From assembly GCF_014252315.1 (NCBI RefSeq), contig NZ_CP059216.1, forward strand, positions 240,001-272,000: a stretch of 32,000 nucleotides of DNA, written 5' to 3'. Numbering within the stretch: the first letter of the stretch is position 1; every line of letters starts with the position of its first letter. The position numbers were made by a program, and so were the translations under genes. Below, piece after piece: positions 28,878-32,000 of this stretch. The notes below the pieces were generated by a model. The model worked only from the letters and a program-made list of their open reading frames with translations. It ran no database searches and had not been told where the DNA came from. The DNA is from Candidatus Saccharimonadota bacterium (GTDB lineage: Bacteria > Bacteroidota > Bacteroidia > Flavobacteriales > Blattabacteriaceae).

Positions 28878-29849
28878 ATGAATCCTAAAAAGATACTATT
28901 AAGAAAAATAAAGGAGAAAGGTGGATGGGTAAATGCTCATACTCATTTAGATAGAGCTTATACTTTAAATAAAGATAATTTTAAATATTCATATTTACCA
29001 CTTAAAAAAAAGTGGTATTTAGTAGATGAAATAAAACGATTAGCATCAGAAGATGATATATATATACGGATGGAAAAAGCTTTAGAACATTTTTTAAAAC
29101 AAGGGATTCAAGCTGTATGTACTTTTATTGATGTTGATGAGATTATAGAAGATAGAGCATTAAAAGCTGCAAAAAAATTGAAAGATAATTATGAAAATTC
29201 AGTAAAAATTAGATTTGCTAATCAAGTACTAAAGGGGGTAATAGATAAAAAATCTAAATATTGGTTTGATAAATCAATAGATTTTGTAGATGTAATAGGA
29301 GGATTACCACTTAGAGATTATGGTAAAGAAGAGAAACATATAGATATATTATTGGATACAGCTAAAAAAAATGGAAAAATTGTACATGTTCACGTAGATC
29401 AATTAAATTCTATGAAAGAAAAAGAAACTGAAAAACTAGCAAAAAAAACTATAGAACATGGAATGCAAGGAAAAGTAGTAGCTATTCATAGTATATCGTT
29501 ATCTGCTCATAACAAAAATTATAGATATAATGTATATAAATTAATGAAAAAAGCAAATATCATGGTTGTTTCTTGTCCAATTGCATGGATTGATCATGTA
29601 AGAAATGAATATTTAACACCTAATCATAACTCAGTAACTCCAATAGATGAAATGATTCCTGAAGGAATCAGTGTAGCTATTGGAACTGATAATATTTGTG
29701 ATATATATAAACCATTTTCAGATGGAAACTTATGGATAGAATTACGGGTATTACTAGAATCTTGTCATTATTACAATATAGATCAATTAGTTAAAGTTGC
29801 TACAACAAATGGATTAAAAGCTTTAGGTATGAATGAAAAAAATAAATAA
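28878..29849 (+). CDS. Metal-dependent amidohydrolase, cytosine-deaminase-like TIM-barrel core only (323 aa)
   Basis: By eye it aligns to the E. coli CodA barrel: 'GWVNAHTHLD' (HxH), 'FANQ', 'IVHVHVDQ' (cf. IDVHCDE), 'VVAIHS' and 'AIGTDN' (Asp ligand). It lacks the N- and C-terminal beta-sandwich extensions of CodA. Confidence 0.7.
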   Translation: MNPKKILLRKIKEKGGWVNAHTHLDRAYTLNKDNFKYSYLPLKKKWYLVDEIKRLASEDDIYIRMEKALEHFLKQGIQAVCTFIDVDEIIEDRALKAAKKLKDNYENSVKIRFANQVLKGVIDKKSKYWFDKSIDFVDVIGGLPLRDYGKEEKHIDILLDTAKKNGKIVHVHVDQLNSMKEKETEKLAKKTIEHGMQGKVVAIHSISLSAHNKNYRYNVYKLMKKANIMVVSCPIAWIDHVRNEYLTPNHNSVTPIDEMIPEGISVAIGTDNICDIYKPFSDGNLWIELRVLLESCHYYNIDQLVKVATTNGLKALGMNEKNK

Positions 29850-29857
29850 TATATAAT

Positions 29858-31351
29858 TCATTTTTTTGGACGCATTTGAGGAAAAAATAAAACATCTTGT
29901 ATTGATTTATTTTTAGTAAGTAACATAACTAAACGATCTATTCCTATACCAATTCCTGCAGTAGGAGGCATTCCAAATTCTAAAGCTCGTATAAAATCTT
30001 TATCAATTAACACTGTATTTTCGTTTGTATTATCATTTTTTAATAAATTTATTTTTTTTTGTAAACGTTTTAATTGATCAATAGGATCATTTAATTCTGA
30101 ATAAGCATTAGCAATTTCTTGTCCATTTATAATAAGTTCAAAACGTTCTGACAATTTATTATCATCACGATGTTTCTTAGTTAAAGGGCTCATTTCTACA
30201 GGATAATCAGTTATGAATGTAGGATTAATATAATTTTTTATACATTTTTCTTCAAAAATATTTTCAATAATTTTAGATTTACTTGTTTTATTATTATATT
30301 TTTCTATTTGTAATTTTTTACAAACATTTATTAAATCATTTTTATCCATTTCTTTTATATCAAATCCAGTATAATTTTTTATTGAATCTAATATTGATAT
30401 TCTTGAAAAAGAATTTTTAAAAAATGTGGAATAATCTTTATTATTATAAATAAACTTTATAAACATGTGTTTTATAAGTTTTTCTGTAAAATCCATCATC
30501 CAATAATAATCTTTATAAGCAACATATAATTCTAATACAGTAAATTCTGGATTATGAAATCTATCCATACCTTCATTTCTAAAGTTTCTAGAAAATTCAT
30601 ATACTCCATGAAATCCTCCAACTACAAGTCTTTTTAAATAAAGTTCATTAGCTATTCTTAAATATAAAGGAATTTTAAGTGTATTATGATAAGTAATAAA
30701 AGGACGAGCAACAGCTCCTCCAGGAATAGGGTGTAATACAGGAGTATCTACTTCTAGATATCCTTTTTTATCTAAGAAATTTCTTATACATTGAATAATA
30801 CGAGTACGTTTTATAAAAATATTTTTAACTTTATCATTTACTATTAAATCAACATAACGCATTCTATAACGTTGTTCTACATCAGAAAATGAATCGTATA
30901 TATTTTTTTTATCTTTTTTTACTTGTGGTAATGGACGTATAGATTTTGATAACAAACTCAGTTTTTCTACGTATATCGTAATTTCATTAACTTTTGTTCT
31001 AAACAAAAAACCTTTTATTCCAATTATATCTCCTATATCTAATAACTTTTTTAAAAAAATGTCATATACATACTTTTTTTCTATATTGTCCATACTTAAA
31101 CATGACTTATTCATGTAAATTTGTATTCTTCCAGTATGATCTTTAAGTTCTCCGAAAGATGCTTTACCTAAAATACGTAAACGCATTAATCTACCAGCTA
31201 TACTAACTATTTTTTTATCTATAAAATTATCATATATACCACTAATTGTAATAGTAGTTATATATTCTTCTGAAGGGTACGGATTAATACCAATTTTTTT
31301 TAACTGATCTAATTTTTTCCTCCTTATAATTTGTTGTTCTGATAAAGGCAT
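29858..31351 (-). CDS. lysS: Lysine--tRNA ligase (class II)
   Basis: Contains an OB-fold N-domain, then 'FRNEGMDRFHNPEFT', 'ELINGQEIANAYSELNDP' and 'GMPPTAGIGIGIDRLVMLLT'. The ORF is open to an upstream ATG at 31375, but 'MPLSEQQIIRRKKL' (ATG 31351) matches typical LysRS N-termini better. Confidence 0.93.
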   Translation of the reverse strand: MPLSEQQIIRRKKLDQLKKIGINPYPSEEYITTITISGIYDNFIDKKIVSIAGRLMRLRILGKASFGELKDHTGRIQIYMNKSCLSMDNIEKKYVYDIFLKKLLDIGDIIGIKGFLFRTKVNEITIYVEKLSLLSKSIRPLPQVKKDKKNIYDSFSDVEQRYRMRYVDLIVNDKVKNIFIKRTRIIQCIRNFLDKKGYLEVDTPVLHPIPGGAVARPFITYHNTLKIPLYLRIANELYLKRLVVGGFHGVYEFSRNFRNEGMDRFHNPEFTVLELYVAYKDYYWMMDFTEKLIKHMFIKFIYNNKDYSTFFKNSFSRISILDSIKNYTGFDIKEMDKNDLINVCKKLQIEKYNNKTSKSKIIENIFEEKCIKNYINPTFITDYPVEMSPLTKKHRDDNKLSERFELIINGQEIANAYSELNDPIDQLKRLQKKINLLKNDNTNENTVLIDKDFIRALEFGMPPTAGIGIGIDRLVMLLTKNKSIQDVLFFPQMRPKK

Positions 31352-31453
31352 ATATTTTTTTTTGCACCTAATCATTAGAAAATAAAAAAACGAATTTACA
31401 TTTGTTTTTGATTTAAAAAAAAACTTTATTAAAAAAATATTTTCATTTTTATT

Positions 31454-32000
31454 ATGAGAAAAAAAATACTTCTTTTTAAAGAATTAAATGGATTAAAATA
31501 TCAAGATACTTGGAGTTATCAAAAAAAAATATTTGATATTATGAAACAAGATAACAATATTTTAAAAAAAAAATATGTTGGATACTTACTATTTGTAAAA
31601 TATAATCAACATATATACACTATAGGAAAAAATGGAAAAGAAAATGAACATTTATTAGTAAACTCAGAATTTATGAAAAAAAAAAACATTGACTTCTATA
31701 GAATAGATAGAGGAGGAGATATAACTTATCATGGGCCAGGACAATTAGTTATTTATCCTATTTTAGATTTGAATTATTTTTTTATGGATATACATAAATA
31801 CATTCGTTTTCTAGAAGAAGTAATCATTAAATCATTATGGATAGGATTTAAAATAAATGGAGTTAGAGATATAGGAAAAACTGGCATTTGGATTTCAAAC
31901 AAAAAAAAAGAATTGAAAAAAATATGTTCAATAGGAATAAAAGTTAGTAGATGGGTAACTATGCATGGATTAGCATTTAATATTAATACAAATTTACAAT
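31454..32000 (+). CDS. lipB: Octanoyltransferase LipB, N-terminal ~182 codons (3' end outside the window)
   Basis: This is my own translation from ATG 31454 (the ORF is absent from the track because it has no stop in the window). It contains '...RIDRGGDITYHGPGQLVIYPILDL...' and 'KKICSIGIKVSRWVTMHGLAFNIN' (catalytic Lys region). Confidence 0.88.
   Translation, partial: MRKKILLFKELNGLKYQDTWSYQKKIFDIMKQDNNILKKKYVGYLLFVKYNQHIYTIGKNGKENEHLLVNSEFMKKKNIDFYRIDRGGDITYHGPGQLVIYPILDLNYFFMDIHKYIRFLEEVIIKSLWIGFKINGVRDIGKTGIWISNKKKELKKICSIGIKVSRWVTMHGLAFNINTNLQ

Noticed and set aside
1-32000. Search for CRISPR arrays, IS elements or transposases, integrases, phage genes, toxin-antitoxin or defence cassettes, and a reassigned genetic code
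   Set aside because: There are no spaced direct repeats and no inverted-repeat-bounded segments. Every ORF longer than 60 aa on the coding strand is assignable to a housekeeping family. TGA, TAG and TAA all terminate well-aligned proteins and Trp is TGG, so nothing supports a novel accessory system or an alternative code here.

Overview
The window is extremely AT-rich (roughly 20-25% G+C by eye, not computed) and almost entirely coding. It reads as the core chromosome of a genome-reduced Bacteroidota/Flavobacteriales insect endosymbiont. Protein signatures and gene order look Blattabacterium-like, but that attribution is inference only. It opens with the distal dcw cell-wall/division cluster (murD', ftsW, murG, murC, ftsQ, ftsA, ftsZ). 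The rest is housekeeping: hisS, pnuC, an Sfp-type PPTase, mrp/apbC, murB, a YtxH protein, rlmB, pheS, cvpA, a long PiT phosphate transporter, ruvA, der, trmD, gyrB, uppP, rpsP, tRNA-Gln(UUG), a GltP-family symporter, diphosphomevalonate decarboxylase, tRNA-His(GUG), an aspartate aminotransferase, rsmG, a CodA-like amidohydrolase, lysS and lipB'. All three standard stop codons are used and Trp is TGG, so the standard bacterial code applies. I found no CRISPR array, mobile element, toxin-antitoxin or defence-like cassette, and essentially no unassigned multi-gene block. I therefore cannot support a claim of a novel system here. The observations worth a second look are four. (1) Two genes are broken exactly at 10-nt homopolymers: mvaD at A10 and a small two-TM membrane gene at T10. 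Each would be restored by one extra nucleotide, so both are candidates for transcriptional-slippage rescue or for homopolymer sequencing error. (2) There is a heavy load of 10-13 nt A/T tracts that remain in frame inside essential genes. (3) The ftsW gene is intact, but its Gly-rich loop and SYGG-type motifs appear eroded, and it carries a perfect 12-bp in-frame tandem duplication. (4) The shortened cytosine-deaminase-like amidohydrolase keeps its metal ligands but has Gln where the catalytic Glu of the HxxE motif is expected.
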